Below are positions 44,088 to 55,060 of a stretch of 64,000 nt of DNA, one piece after another (the first letter of the stretch is position 1; each line of letters opens with the position of its first letter). The stretch is taken from positions 32,001 to 96,000 of the IMG/VR virus record IMGVR_UViG_3300037137_001027; one strand, written 5' to 3'. Below the pieces are notes generated by a model. It saw only the letters and a program-made list of their open reading frames with translations, had not been told where the DNA came from and made no database searches. This DNA comes from a virus. The translations under genes and the position numbers were made by a program.

Positions 44088-44450
44088 ATGGCTCAGAACG
44101 AACTGGTCCACAGTGGCGCGAACGAGGTTGCTCCGATTTGCCGTGGCAAGTTGACCACGGGGGGCTTCTATATCTTCCGTATGCCGCGTGCCGACAAGGG
44201 CGTGGTTCGCGGCCCGCGTGAAGCGGTCAAGCCCGTCAAGGCGAGCAAGGCGAAGCGCGGCCCTGGTCGGCCCCGCGTGTACGATGGTTCGGTGCGGCGC
44301 ACGATTGCCAGCTTCCTGAAGAAGTATGGCTACACTCACGGTCTGAAGCTCTTGAAGAAGGAGCGCAAGATCAAGGTGAGCAAGACGGTTGCCCGCCACG
44401 TTGCTGCCGAGGTGGGGATCACGTTCAAGCGTGGTCGGCCCGCAGCGTAA
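44088..44450 (+). CDS. basic AT-hook DNA-binding protein
   Basis: KRGPGRPR and KRGRP. Confidence 0.7.
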   Translation: MAQNELVHSGANEVAPICRGKLTTGGFYIFRMPRADKGVVRGPREAVKPVKASKAKRGPGRPRVYDGSVRRTIASFLKKYGYTHGLKLLKKERKIKVSKTVARHVAAEVGITFKRGRPAA

Positions 44451-44547
44451 CTAACAAAGGGGGGAAAAGGAACTTCCCCCCTTTTTATCTTAACTCCAAT
44501 TAAGGTTGTACTAATTGGAGCGTAACTTAACTCAAACAGGAGAGCAA

Positions 44548-44832
44548 ATGGCGCGCAATGAGACAACTGCTGACTTCGAGGTTTTCGAGTTGCCAATGAT
44601 TCGTATTGTCTGCTCGAACACGTTGAGCCTTCACAAGACGTTCAAGACTTCGGCCAAGCAATTCGCGGCAGCGAACAAGGTCGAGTACGTCGTGGCGCAG
44701 AACTTCCTGAAGTTCCTGGTGTCCGCTGGCGTGGCAAAGGAACTTGAGCCGCTGAAGATCGCGGGCAAGAAGGGCAAGCCGACAAACATCTACGAAGTCC
44801 CGCACAACATCGCACTGAAAGTGGCCGCGTAA
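44548..44832 (+). CDS. winged-HTH-like small protein
   Basis: LKFLVSAGVAK...GKKGKPTNIYEV wing-like motif. Confidence 0.55.
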   Translation: MARNETTADFEVFELPMIRIVCSNTLSLHKTFKTSAKQFAAANKVEYVVAQNFLKFLVSAGVAKELEPLKIAGKKGKPTNIYEVPHNIALKVAA

Positions 44833-45185
44833 GAACAGGGAGCGCCCACTCCCATCATGCCTTAATTGAGGTTGTACTAATCAGGGCAGGAGGTAGACTA
44901 ATGCTGTTCAGAAAGATTACTGGTGGTGGCGTCGTGATTCAGACGTTCAATGATGCTGGCGAGTGCATCAAGCAGGAATTCAAAATCTGCGACCACGGCG
45001 ACGTGGAGTACGAAACCGAGGACGGCGACCCGATCAACATGCAAGACATGCCGCTGGCGGGGCGGGAATACTTCCCGTTCGCTATGCGGCAACCGTCCGA
45101 CGACTGTTACAAGGAAGAGTAATTGTAGGCTAAGCATGATGGGCGTTACATGCCGTGATCCGCCGCGTGAGAGCGGGGAATTTAT

Positions 45186-45257
45186 GCCGCCATCTTCTAG
45201 TGGCAGGATGCTAGGCTTTCAACCTGGCGACGTTGGGTTCAAATCCCACTGGCGGTA
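45186..45257 (+). tRNA. tRNA-Glu(TTC), CCA not encoded
   Basis: GCCGCCA/TGGCGGT acceptor; CTAGG-CTTTCAA-CCTGG anticodon arm; GGG-TTCAAAT-CCC T-loop; one extra base in T-stem. Confidence 0.85.
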
Positions 45258-45260
45258 CTC

Positions 45261-45504
45261 GGTTGCTCCCATGTACCAAGTACAAACAGCGGCTTGGGGC
45301 CGTGAGCTTGGGCTAACACTCTCCCCAAGAGGGAGGGGGCGACCGCCTAACAAGAGCAGCAACAGAATGAAATGAGCCGTTAAGCCGATGCACACTGCCG
45401 AACCCTCCAGACGGCAACGGTTCCCGACGTGGCCCAATCACGGGCTAAGAAAGGCCAATCCCCTAGTGCAACCGTGAGCGGCGGAAGGGGAGAAAGTCAT
45501 TTCA
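45261..45504 (+). ncRNA. candidate structured RNA downstream of tRNA
   Basis: multiple nested and crossing complementary segments; no credible ORF. Confidence 0.45.
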
Positions 45505-45972
45505 CCTATGTTGAATTGCGGTTGTACTGAAAAGGTTGTGAGAGCTTTCTCTTTCTCGGAGGTAACATGTTGTACGGTTTGAAGGGGACGCATCCTGTCG
45601 ATGGTGAACTCTATCAAGAGTTTACCAAGAATGAGCGGGAGACGGCGGTAGCCATTGCACGCATTTGGCACGCCAAGGGCTGGAAGCCACTTTTGCTTGA
45701 TCGGTACTGGCATAGCTGCCGCATTTCTGCCCTGAACAATCTCATCGGGCAACGTCAGGCAGCGTAACTAGGAGCTAACCTTATGCAGCGCATAGCGCGG
45801 AATCCCGTAATAACGGTGCTGATAGTTGGGCGCTAGGGGCGTATGGACCCTAGCGCCTAAAATCAAAACCCACATATTTTTTGATTGGACGGGGGACCGC
45901 AAACCCCGTCTTTTTTGCACTTGTTAATTGCGGTTGTACTAATTACAATGAGACAATTAACCTGGAGGCAGC

Positions 45973-46413
45973 ATGAACGTAATGGTTGTGATGCAAGGGG
46001 CGTCTGGCTCTGGCAAGTCCACCGTGGCCGAAACCCTGAAGGCCATGCTGGAAGCGACTGGCCACAAGGTCGAAATCGTTTCGACCGACAAGGAATTCGA
46101 GGTCGAGGGTGTTTACACCTTTGACCCGTCCAAGCTGGGCGAGAACCATGCCAAGACGCAAAAGAAGGCACGGTATCACCTGGATGGGGGTACTAGCGTA
46201 ATCGTGGACAATACGAATACGCAAGCGTGGGAAGCGCGGCCCTATGTCCAAATGGCGCAAGAGCTTGGGGTTCCCGTGTTCTTTGTGCCGTGTCATGGCC
46301 GATTTAACAATACGCATGGTGTTCCCGCCGATAGGGTGGAAGCAATGCGCCAGCGGTGCGAACCTTTGTCGGTTCAGCGTTGTCTGGAGGCTAAAGCGCC
46401 GTGGGAGAAGTAA
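45973..46413 (+). CDS. P-loop kinase (AAA_33 / polynucleotide kinase-like)
   Basis: GASGSGKS, VSTD, VIVDNTN, HGVP. Confidence 0.85.
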   Translation: MNVMVVMQGASGSGKSTVAETLKAMLEATGHKVEIVSTDKEFEVEGVYTFDPSKLGENHAKTQKKARYHLDGGTSVIVDNTNTQAWEARPYVQMAQELGVPVFFVPCHGRFNNTHGVPADRVEAMRQRCEPLSVQRCLEAKAPWEK

Positions 46414-47371
46414 ACCGTATCGCTAACGCTCTAAGGACCATACAAGGGATTTGTGATCTTTATAGCGTTAGCGATTATACAGTTATAGACGCAACAAGGA
46501 TAGCCGTTTATAACTGCGAAAATGACAATTTTCACTTTTTCCGTTGGTCAAGCGACTGCTGCCGCTACATATATTGCGGTTCGCAGGATTGTATACCCAA
46601 TTGGAAAAATAAGAGGGTGGCGATTTAGTCCTCTAATTGAGGTTGTACTAATTTCATTGTAGCCAAACTAACCTGGAGGCGACAATGATTTTGAAACCGT
46701 GCGACCTGAAAGTGGACGACGTGGTTTGTTACTATCGCAAGAATAATCCCGAACGCGGGCCGTTCTGCGATATGGTTGTCAACCGCATTGACGGCGTGGA
46801 CATTTACTTGCGTCGGCCTTACATAAACGCTGACGGGGAAGCGAGGTTTGAAGAGTTATATTGGCACCGTGACGCCAATTTCCAATTCCTGCTGATCCGT
46901 AGGTAGTTGCGGTTGTACTGAGCAAGACGTGACGGATACCCTGGCTGGAGGAATGAAATGATCGGCCAAGACCTTGAAGACGGTGAACGGGAAGAAACCC
47001 CCCGCAAGGGCGGCATGATACTGGCCGAGGATGATTTGGAAGTGGGCCAGTATGTTTGCGTCTACAATCTGAAAAAGACGGATGAAGGCGCACCCATCAT
47101 GGGCCAGAGTTTGCATATCAAGGCAATCTGCCTGCCCTACTTTGTGGGTCAGCTTTTGTCTGATCCAAGCGAACCCGTTTTGACCCTGGACTGTCGATTC
47201 CTGAACTTGATGAAAGTTTCCAAGGAATTCGTGGATGCACAACGGGAAGGAGCCAAGACACAGCTAGAAGGGCCATCCATGATGCGCCCGCCGCAAAAGA
47301 GGAGAAAACAAAAAGAAGACGGGCAATAATGCCCGTCTGTTACCTCTAATTGAGGTTGTACTAATAAAGAT

Positions 47372-48472
47372 ATGAAGACCATCGACTATCTGCGAAGCGG
47401 GAAGACCCTGGATGACCTCCATACCGAACTTGGTATCGAAGTCAATCGCCATGATAGTTTACCCCTGGCAATCCTGAACTACTCTCAGATTGATTCGCCT
47501 AAGACTGATCCCATCGTGCGGGAATGCCGTGGGCTTGTCCTTAATTCTGAGGACTGGTCGCTGGTGGCGCGTGCCTTCCCCCGATTCTTCAATTGGGGAG
47601 AAGTAGCGGACGAAATGCCGCTGTTCAATTGGGATAACTCCGTTGCGCTGGAAAAGGTAGACGGTAGCTTGCTGCTGTTCTATCATTTCGCGGGCGAATG
47701 GCGTGTGAACACTCGCGGTAGTTTCGCGGGTATGGGCATGTTCAATACGCAATGGCAAGCGGATTATTTCAAGATGCCTATGTCCTTCACCTGGAAGGAT
47801 GGTATCTTGCGGGCGCTGGGTATTAAGGATTTGTCCGAATTGGACGCTTACCTTGACCCTGCCCTGTCCTACGCTTGCGAATTTTGCTCCCTATGGAACA
47901 AGGTCGTTCGGGAGTATAAGACGCCTTGCGTATACCAGCTTTCCGCGTTCGCTGGCGAAGAAGAAGTCGGGCCGCAATCCGTTCCGTTCTTCAAATCCGT
48001 TGGCCAGTATTCGCTCCGAACTGCTGATGAGGTAACGGATTACGTTAATTCGCAACCCGAAGCGACGTGGGAAGGTTGCGTTGTGAAGGATGATGCGCAC
48101 CGCCGATGGAAGATCAAGAACAAGCGTTATCTTGCCTATCATAAGATGAAGGGCAACGGCGATGCGCTTTATAATCCTTCCAACCTGTTGCCGTTCATCT
48201 TGGACGGGGAAGGCGACGAATTGCTTGCGGTCTATCCCGAAGTCAAGGAATGCTTCGATAGCTACAAGTCCAGGGTGAATAAGGCTTTCAGCGAATTGGA
48301 TGCGCTGTGGCAAGCCAATAAGGACATTGAAAACCAAAAGGAATTTGCCCTTTCGATTGTGGGCAAGTCGCCTTTCACTGGACTGTTGTTCAGCGCACGA
48401 AAGAACAAGACGCCGCTCAAGGAGGAATGGCGAAAGGCGGAAGATTACATCTTGAAAGGGTTGTTCAAGTAA
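47372..48472 (+). CDS. RNA ligase, T4 Rnl1 (RnlA) family
   Basis: ECRGLV, FPRFFNWGE, EKVDGS, EGCVV, KIKN; leaderless start 9 nt after motif. Confidence 0.9.
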   Translation: MKTIDYLRSGKTLDDLHTELGIEVNRHDSLPLAILNYSQIDSPKTDPIVRECRGLVLNSEDWSLVARAFPRFFNWGEVADEMPLFNWDNSVALEKVDGSLLLFYHFAGEWRVNTRGSFAGMGMFNTQWQADYFKMPMSFTWKDGILRALGIKDLSELDAYLDPALSYACEFCSLWNKVVREYKTPCVYQLSAFAGEEEVGPQSVPFFKSVGQYSLRTADEVTDYVNSQPEATWEGCVVKDDAHRRWKIKNKRYLAYHKMKGNGDALYNPSNLLPFILDGEGDELLAVYPEVKECFDSYKSRVNKAFSELDALWQANKDIENQKEFALSIVGKSPFTGLLFSARKNKTPLKEEWRKAEDYILKGLFK

Positions 48473-48477
48473 CCTAG

Positions 48478-48514
48478 AGGCGTGTTCAGAAAATGAACAC
48501 GCCTTTTTCTTTTT
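48478..48514 (+). terminator. intrinsic terminator
   Basis: AGGCGTGTTCA/TGAACACGCCT followed by T-tract. Confidence 0.85.
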
Positions 48515-48574
48515 GGCTTAATTGAAGTTGTACTAATTCGGTTGTAGCGAACATCACCCTTCTGGAGAACTGCG

Positions 48575-48865
48575 ATGCGTTACGCTGATGCACGTTGCGT
48601 TTACACCGAGTCCCACGAAAACGGCCAGCACGTCTACGTCTACACTGGCCCCTGCGTTGTGACGGGCAAGCCCTACACCGTCAAGGTGCCTGCCGCTGGC
48701 TTGTTCGCCTATCGGCAGGGTGCATTCATTCAGGACGCCTTTCCCGCGCTGTCCAAGGATGATCGTGAGTTCCTGATTTCGGGAACAAGCCCCGAAGGTT
48801 GGGAACAGACTTTCGGCGGCGACGACGACGACGGCCCCGATTATGAAGGCGAGAACTACAACTAA
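48575..48865 (+). CDS. hypothetical cassette protein
   Basis: IQDAFPALSKDDREFLISG; GGAG RBS. Confidence 0.8.
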   Translation: MRYADARCVYTESHENGQHVYVYTGPCVVTGKPYTVKVPAAGLFAYRQGAFIQDAFPALSKDDREFLISGTSPEGWEQTFGGDDDDGPDYEGENYN

Positions 48866-49092
48866 GGGAAAGGGAGCGCCCACTCCCTTGTGATCCTCTA
48901 ATTGAGGTTGTACTGATATGGACATGAAAGCCAAAACGATCAAAGAGATTCGTGGCAGTTGCATCCCGACGATTCCAGTTGGGACTGAGTTTACCGTTGT
49001 CGCGGTTGTCGCGGGCTACGGTTATGCAACCTGTTTGGGGTTGGCCGTGTCGTCTGTTTGGTTGGATGAGTTTGTACCTTTAGGGGGCAGGA

Positions 49093-49305
49093 ATGACTGA
49101 GTTCTTTATCGAAGTGTATTTTCCGCCGAACACGTCCAAGAAAATGCGGGTGTTCAAGAAGAACACCCGCGATTGCCTTTCACCCGACATGATTGCATTG
49201 TTTTGGGTGAAGGCGAAGGACAAGGAAGAAGCACTGGCCTTGGCGCTGACGGGCGAAGCCTTAACCATAATGGCACCCGACGCCAAACAACTCCAGTTTG
49301 CCTAA
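49093..49305 (+). CDS. hypothetical protein, paralog copy 1
   Basis: near-identical to 49366..49593. Confidence 0.75.
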   Translation: MTEFFIEVYFPPNTSKKMRVFKKNTRDCLSPDMIALFWVKAKDKEEALALALTGEALTIMAPDAKQLQFA

Positions 49306-49365
49306 ACTGGAGTTCGGGTTGTACTAATTCAGTTGTGGCGAACATCCTCCTTCTGGAGAACTGCG

Positions 49366-49593
49366 ATGGTAGGAATGACTGAGTTCTATATCGAAGTGTA
49401 TTTTCCGCCGTACCCGAACACGTCAAAGAAAATGCGCGTGTTCAAGAAGTACGTCCGCGACTGCCTTTCCCCCAACCTTATCGCCCTGTTTCGGGTGAAG
49501 GCGAAGGACAAGGAAGAAGCGCTGGCCCTGGCACTCATGGGCGAAGCCTTCACCATGCTTTCACCAAATGCCAAACAACTCCAGTTTGCCTAA
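49366..49593 (+). CDS. hypothetical protein, paralog copy 2
   Basis: tandem duplicate behind its own cassette leader. Confidence 0.75.
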   Translation: MVGMTEFYIEVYFPPYPNTSKKMRVFKKYVRDCLSPNLIALFRVKAKDKEEALALALMGEAFTMLSPNAKQLQFA

Positions 49594-49673
49594 ACTGGAG
49601 TTCGCCCAATTGGGTAAATCAAGGTTGTACTAAATGAGTTGTGGCGGAATGATCCCCAACGGAGAACAGCAAA

Positions 49674-49988
49674 ATGCTGTACTGGAACTTCACGTTTGAC
49701 GGAAGTGACCGACCCTACAGAGGTTACGGCGACACGCTGGCACGGGCGACGGATGATGTGCGGGAGATGTTGGACGAGGGGTTGGCCCCCGACGAGGTTC
49801 GGAATTTGAAGGTGGTTGACGGGCCGCATGATTTGGCGCTAAAGACTGATTTTGGCCCCAATGGTCCGCAACCTGGCACGGTGGCCTACACTGCCTTTCT
49901 CATGGCGCAATTGTGTCCACCCGACGAAATCGGCCAGCCCGACGATTTTTGGGACGAATGGAAGGAGGACATGAAAGAACGCCTATGA
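49674..49988 (+). CDS. hypothetical cassette protein
   Basis: motif + GGAG leader. Confidence 0.75.
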   Translation: MLYWNFTFDGSDRPYRGYGDTLARATDDVREMLDEGLAPDEVRNLKVVDGPHDLALKTDFGPNGPQPGTVAYTAFLMAQLCPPDEIGQPDDFWDEWKEDMKERL

Positions 49989-51191
49989 TCCCAAGCTACG
50001 GGGAAGTCGTGGGAGAACCTGTCCCCTCCTTACATGGTAATGCGGACAGTAGTAACTTCAAGGGCAAAATAAAGATCAGGGGACCGCCCTGAGTTGCCCA
50101 TTATAAAACATTGTTGGGGCAGGGGACAATCCCCTGCCCTTTTTTATTTCCCCTGCAATCAAGGTTGTACTAATCAGAACATAACCCTAACCCTGGAGGT
50201 TGTGATGTCCGACGCGAAAGAAACTTTGGCCAAGTGGTATACTCATCTGGAATACTGCAAGGCAAAGGTGGAGCGTGGTGAGAAGCTGACCAAGGATGAA
50301 GACGATCAGCGCGACTTCATCGAGCAGAAGCTGGACGACTACCGTTCCGATTACTACGGGATGGAGAACTACTAACCGCAAGGGAGCGCCCACTCCCTAA
50401 TGATCTTTTAATTGCGGTTGTACTGATTGGGGCAGGAGGGAAACATGGAATTCTTGACTGGCAAGGACTATCCGTACCTTTGCGACAATTGCCGTGCGGC
50501 GATTGATTCGGTGGCGGCGATGTTTGCGGAAGGGGAAATGGCGGATACGGACGATGAAGAAGCGCCGTGCATGTACGTTTACGATAACGGCATGTATTGC
50601 GGTGGTCACGAATGCGTCAACTACCCGAAACTGTAATCACGGTTGTACTGAACAGGGCAGAGGCAACTTCAACGGAGATTGGTCATGGGCTGGAATCGCA
50701 AGCAATACGACAAGACGGGCAGGGTAGTACCCATTCACAAGGGCGAAAGGGATTGGACCCGTGAGCAAAAAGAACAAATCCGACAATTCGAGGACCGAAA
50801 TGCCAACGATCAACGAGGCACCGACGATGACGACGGCACCGAAAGAAGAAAAGCGGGATGAAATCGACCGAGAGTTCTATACCGAACACGGTGGCGAGGG
50901 CTAACATGGGCGGCAACATGGTTCGGCCCGATCTGGAAATGGTCCACAACGAAATGGGCTATTTCTACTATCAGGGCAAAGTCTACAACGTGGTCCGTCT
51001 CGCAAGCGGTTGGGAATTGCAACGCGGTTCCGAATCGCTTTATGCGGGCGAAAGCGTGGACGATTGTTCCACCTGGCTCATGGCGCAACTGACCTACTAA
51101 GGGGCAGGGCAACGGGATATAAACCGTTGCCTTGTTTTCTCCATCGTATCCTAATTGAAGTTGTACTAATTGGGGTAAGGAGAACCAAACA

Positions 51192-51380
51192 ATGTCACTG
51201 CTCAATCTGTCAACGCCAGTACGTTCGGAACGTGTCCGCGACTTCCAACCGCCTTGGCGAACCATCTTCGTCTACAAGTGCGGCACCTGCCAAAAGGAAA
51301 CCAAGGTACGCGCCAATTCTTTCCGTGGCAAAAGCGCCACGCCTGGCATTGGCGCAATCGTCTGCCCGCATTGTAAGTAA
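51192..51380 (+). CDS. zinc-ribbon cassette protein
   Basis: CGTC...CPHC. Confidence 0.7.
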   Translation: MSLLNLSTPVRSERVRDFQPPWRTIFVYKCGTCQKETKVRANSFRGKSATPGIGAIVCPHCK

Positions 51381-51504
51381 ACCACGTTTTTCCGAGTGGG
51401 CGTCGGAAACCGTCTTGCTCCGAACGGGCGTCGGAGCTTCTTCATCTTCCCCTGTAATTGGGGTTGTACTAATTAGGACATAACCCCAAACCCTGGAGAG
51501 TATC

Positions 51505-51864
51505 ATGGACCTGCACGAACGTATCAAGCTGTTTGTGACGACTGCCGACGAAGTGACCGCCAAGTATTGGCAGGAACAAGGTTTCACCTTCAGCCCACCG
51601 CCAAAGCATCGCGCCGACTTCATTTCCGACAAGTGGGCGCGAGTTGTCACCGTGGAAGACCGCAACGGGCAACCCAACGATTCCAGCGTGTTCGCCTTCA
51701 TCTGCCTGCAAGACGGCGCAACCAAAGCGCTCGGCACGCTCAAAACGGGCGACATTCACAAAGCCGCCAGCTTCAAAGCGCCCGCCAAGCACGCTCGCGG
51801 TAACGTGCTGAATGAGCTTTTCGCCAACTGCATCACGCCGCACGGTATCATCTACCTGAAATAA
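51505..51864 (+). CDS. phage protein (GDIHKAASFKAPAKHARGN motif)
   Basis: motif familiar from uncharacterised phage proteins; cassette context. Confidence 0.8.
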   Translation: MDLHERIKLFVTTADEVTAKYWQEQGFTFSPPPKHRADFISDKWARVVTVEDRNGQPNDSSVFAFICLQDGATKALGTLKTGDIHKAASFKAPAKHARGNVLNELFANCITPHGIIYLK

Positions 51865-51948
51865 CCGCAAAGGGAGCGCCCACTCCCCTAATCATCCCTT
51901 AATTGAGGTTGTACTAATCAGGGTGTAACCCTAACCCTGGAGAAACCC

Positions 51949-52254
51949 ATGAAACGCAAAATGAGTTCGCTGGTGCTTGTTGGACGCCGCTGGTTTGGTC
52001 GGACCAACGGCAACACCTACCATAGTTGCGAAATCATTGTGGACGGCAATTGCGTCCATAAAATCGACTACGCCTATGGCTACGGTCGGCAGTACGAAGA
52101 CAACGCGAAAATCTGGCTTGACCAGAACGGCTATCTCCCTGGACGGGAGAAACGCGACGGAACGCCAGGCGAGTCGCTTTGGCTGTACTGTGAGCGGTAC
52201 AGTATCATCTACACGAACACCGTTACCGACGTGGAAAGGAAGAAAGACCTCTAA
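51949..52254 (+). CDS. hypothetical cassette protein
   Basis: flanked by cassette repeats. Confidence 0.8.
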   Translation: MKRKMSSLVLVGRRWFGRTNGNTYHSCEIIVDGNCVHKIDYAYGYGRQYEDNAKIWLDQNGYLPGREKRDGTPGESLWLYCERYSIIYTNTVTDVERKKDL

Positions 52255-53048
52255 GGGAAGGGAGCGCCCACTCCCTAATAATCCTCTAATTGAGGTTGTA
52301 CTAATCCAGGCAGGAGGGAACAATGACACTGGAAAAGCGAGTCGCTGAAATCCGCCGCAAGCGGACCCTGCAAAACCGCCTGAGCAAGCTGCGGCTCCGC
52401 TACTTTGACCACGAAGACGCGGGCAAAGGCGACAAACATGAGCGCCTTGCCCGCCGTCTGATGAAGGCAATCATCAGCATACAATAGCGGTTGTACTGAT
52501 TGGAGTAAGGAGGGACAATCATGTGTCGATGGTGTCATAAACCGTGCGGCGAACGCGAATTTTGTGATGAGGTTTGCTTCGAGCTTCACGCCGAAGCGTG
52601 GGAAGAGTATCAGCGCTGGAGCGCTGCCCTTCCCGACGAACCCGACCCGCCGCAAAATGAATGGTGCGGCAGCAAGGGCAACAACTTTTAGCTCCAGGGG
52701 AAGCGGGGGGACAGCCAAACCCCCGCCTTTTCTATTTCCCTGTAATTAAGGTTGTACTAATTAAGATATAACCCAAACCCTGGAGGTCCAAAATGGACGA
52801 ACGCGATGAACTGCTGAATGACATGTGGAAGAACTGGAAGCCCTACAACAAGGCCGATAACGACAAGTGGCGCAGCTACGTTGTCTCCCAAAACGAGGCC
52901 AGCTTGCTCGAAACGGAAGCCGACTGCATTACCATCGTCCAAGGTGCGGATGGCCTGTACGTCCAGTAACACAAGGGAGCGCCCACTCCCATTATGTCCT
53001 AATTGGGGTTGTACTAATTGGGGCATAACCCTAACCCTGGAGGCTACG

Positions 53049-53537
53049 ATGCAATTCAGTGTCATTTACTCATTCGACGTTCCCGCCGATTTGTCCGTCA
53101 ACCAGTACAAGCCCCCCAAGTGGCGGCGCTGGGATTTGACGGAATGCGGCACCAGCGAAAACGATGACGGTGGCAAACACCGCAAGTATTGCGCCTTGCT
53201 CACGCAAGAGCAATTCGATGACTTCGTTGCCCATTGCGACCTGTACGCCGAACGCTGCCGCACAATGGGCAGTTTGGGAGCGCCTGGTTTCGGGTTCGGT
53301 TGGTCCCCCGCCGTGTCCTTCTGTAGTGACAACGGTATTTATGCAAACGCCTATGTGACGCCAGTAGGCAGCAAAGCGGAAATTGTCCAGTTTCTCCGCG
53401 AGCATGACCAGCTTGTGCCGCAAATTTTGCTGGATAGCGACAATCAGCAATACCTTTTCGACGGTATCGAAGAGGATGAAGGCCCGCAAGTATGGGATGC
53501 GCTCGAATCCCTGATGTGGGACAAATACGCGGCCTAA
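53049..53537 (+). CDS. hypothetical cassette protein
   Basis: start moved to follow cassette leader; ends YAA. Confidence 0.8.
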   Translation: MQFSVIYSFDVPADLSVNQYKPPKWRRWDLTECGTSENDDGGKHRKYCALLTQEQFDDFVAHCDLYAERCRTMGSLGAPGFGFGWSPAVSFCSDNGIYANAYVTPVGSKAEIVQFLREHDQLVPQILLDSDNQQYLFDGIEEDEGPQVWDALESLMWDKYAA

Positions 53538-53621
53538 AGGGATAGGGAGCGCCCACTCCCTAATTATCCCCTAATTGGGGTTGTACTAATTGGTGTATAA
53601 CCCTAACCCTGGAGGACTGCA

Positions 53622-53912
53622 ATGTACGCTCAGAACAAGTCCGTGCTGAAGATCGCCGCTGTCAACCCCGCACTGGCCGATAAGATCGCCAAACAGGGAA
53701 CCTTCCTCAGCGAAATGGACATCAACGAAGTCCACAAAATCGACCGCATGATGCTGGTGCTGGTCCGTTGCGGCAACGGGCGCTTTCTCTGCCCCGTCCA
53801 AGACGTGCAGCACTTCATCAACATCATCGAGGAACACGCCAAACTCAAGGAAGAGAAAGAGAAAAAGCCGTTCCAGGGCGACCACATCCGCGACGTGTCT
53901 TTCCCCGCCTAG
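53622..53912 (+). CDS. hypothetical cassette protein
   Basis: flanked by identical 72-bp repeats. Confidence 0.8.
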   Translation: MYAQNKSVLKIAAVNPALADKIAKQGTFLSEMDINEVHKIDRMMLVLVRCGNGRFLCPVQDVQHFINIIEEHAKLKEEKEKKPFQGDHIRDVSFPA

Positions 53913-53993
53913 CAGTAGGGAGCGCCCACTCCCTAATTATCCCCTAATTGGGGTTGTACTAATTGGTGTATAACCCTAACCCTGGAGACTGCA

Positions 53994-54482
53994 ATGAAGA
54001 CTCTCACGCTGGAAACGTTCCGCACCCAACTGCTGCAATGGCGTGGCGCTGCAATTGTGACGATTCACGCTGAGACGGTTCCCGATATGCGGAAGACGGA
54101 CAATCCGTATTTCGATAACCTTGTCAAGCGGAGCGCCGTCAATGGCGTCATCAATTGGGTTTACGAAAGCGCCGTCAATCGCCAGCGCGTGCGGGAAGAC
54201 TTGACGCCCGACTTCAGCGCTTTCCCCCGCAAGTGGGGCCAGCGCATCAATGGCACGCCCCTTGTGGAACATAAGGGGAACTATTACCTCGAAATGAAGG
54301 TGCAAAGCGCCTCGGCGCTTTACTTCGTCGGCACCAAAGAGGTAAGCCACAATGACGTTAGCGATTGGCTCCGTCCACCGTCCAAGCACCGTCAAGGCGT
54401 TTCCCGCGAGGTTATCTTGCGGGATTATGCTCTTGAAAATATCACTTGCTTCGTCTACGGCGAAGCCTACGCAATCCAGTAA
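53994..54482 (+). CDS. hypothetical cassette protein
   Basis: flanked by cassette repeats. Confidence 0.8.
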   Translation: MKTLTLETFRTQLLQWRGAAIVTIHAETVPDMRKTDNPYFDNLVKRSAVNGVINWVYESAVNRQRVREDLTPDFSAFPRKWGQRINGTPLVEHKGNYYLEMKVQSASALYFVGTKEVSHNDVSDWLRPPSKHRQGVSREVILRDYALENITCFVYGEAYAIQ

Positions 54483-54817
54483 GGGACGGGGAGCGCCCAC
54501 TCCCTAATCATCCTCTAATTGAGGTTGTACTAATTGGGGTATAACCCTAACCCTGGAGGCCGCGATGGATGTGAAGCTGACCGCTGCTGAGGTGAAGGCT
54601 GGAGCGATGGACAACTACGATCCCGCCCGCTACGATGCGCAGTTTCATTCCGATGGCAGTGTCACCTTGATTCCGCTGCTATGGTGGGATGATGCGAGCT
54701 ACGCACGTTATCAGAGCGCCGAGTAAAGGGAAGGGAGCGCCCACTCCCTAATCATCCTCTAATTGAGGTTGTACTAATTGGGTTGTAGCGACGATCACCC
54801 CTTACTGGAGAAACGCG

Positions 54818-55060
54818 ATGATTACCAAGGAATTCGCGGCTGGCTTGCACAAGGGCAAGACTCTGTATCACGCCACTGCCACGAACGCGGACGGCACGGC
54901 CAAAAGGTGCCGAATCAACGGCAAGCTGAAGATGTGGGTAACACGGCCCAATGAGTTCCGTATCCCCGTCAAACATGGCTTGTGGGATTGCTTCTATATC
55001 ACCCAAGACAACGCCAAGGAATGGCTCACCTACGACCGCACCGAACAAAAGGCCGCATAG
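54818..55060 (+). CDS. hypothetical cassette protein
   Basis: flanked by cassette repeats; ends KAA. Confidence 0.8.
   Translation: MITKEFAAGLHKGKTLYHATATNADGTAKRCRINGKLKMWVTRPNEFRIPVKHGLWDCFYITQDNAKEWLTYDRTEQKAA

Noticed and set aside
44950-45375. 141-aa ORF
   Set aside because: Runs through the tRNA-Glu gene; spurious.
45258-45504. RNase P RNA
   Set aside because: Short look-alike words occur but in the wrong order, and the P4 consensus is absent.
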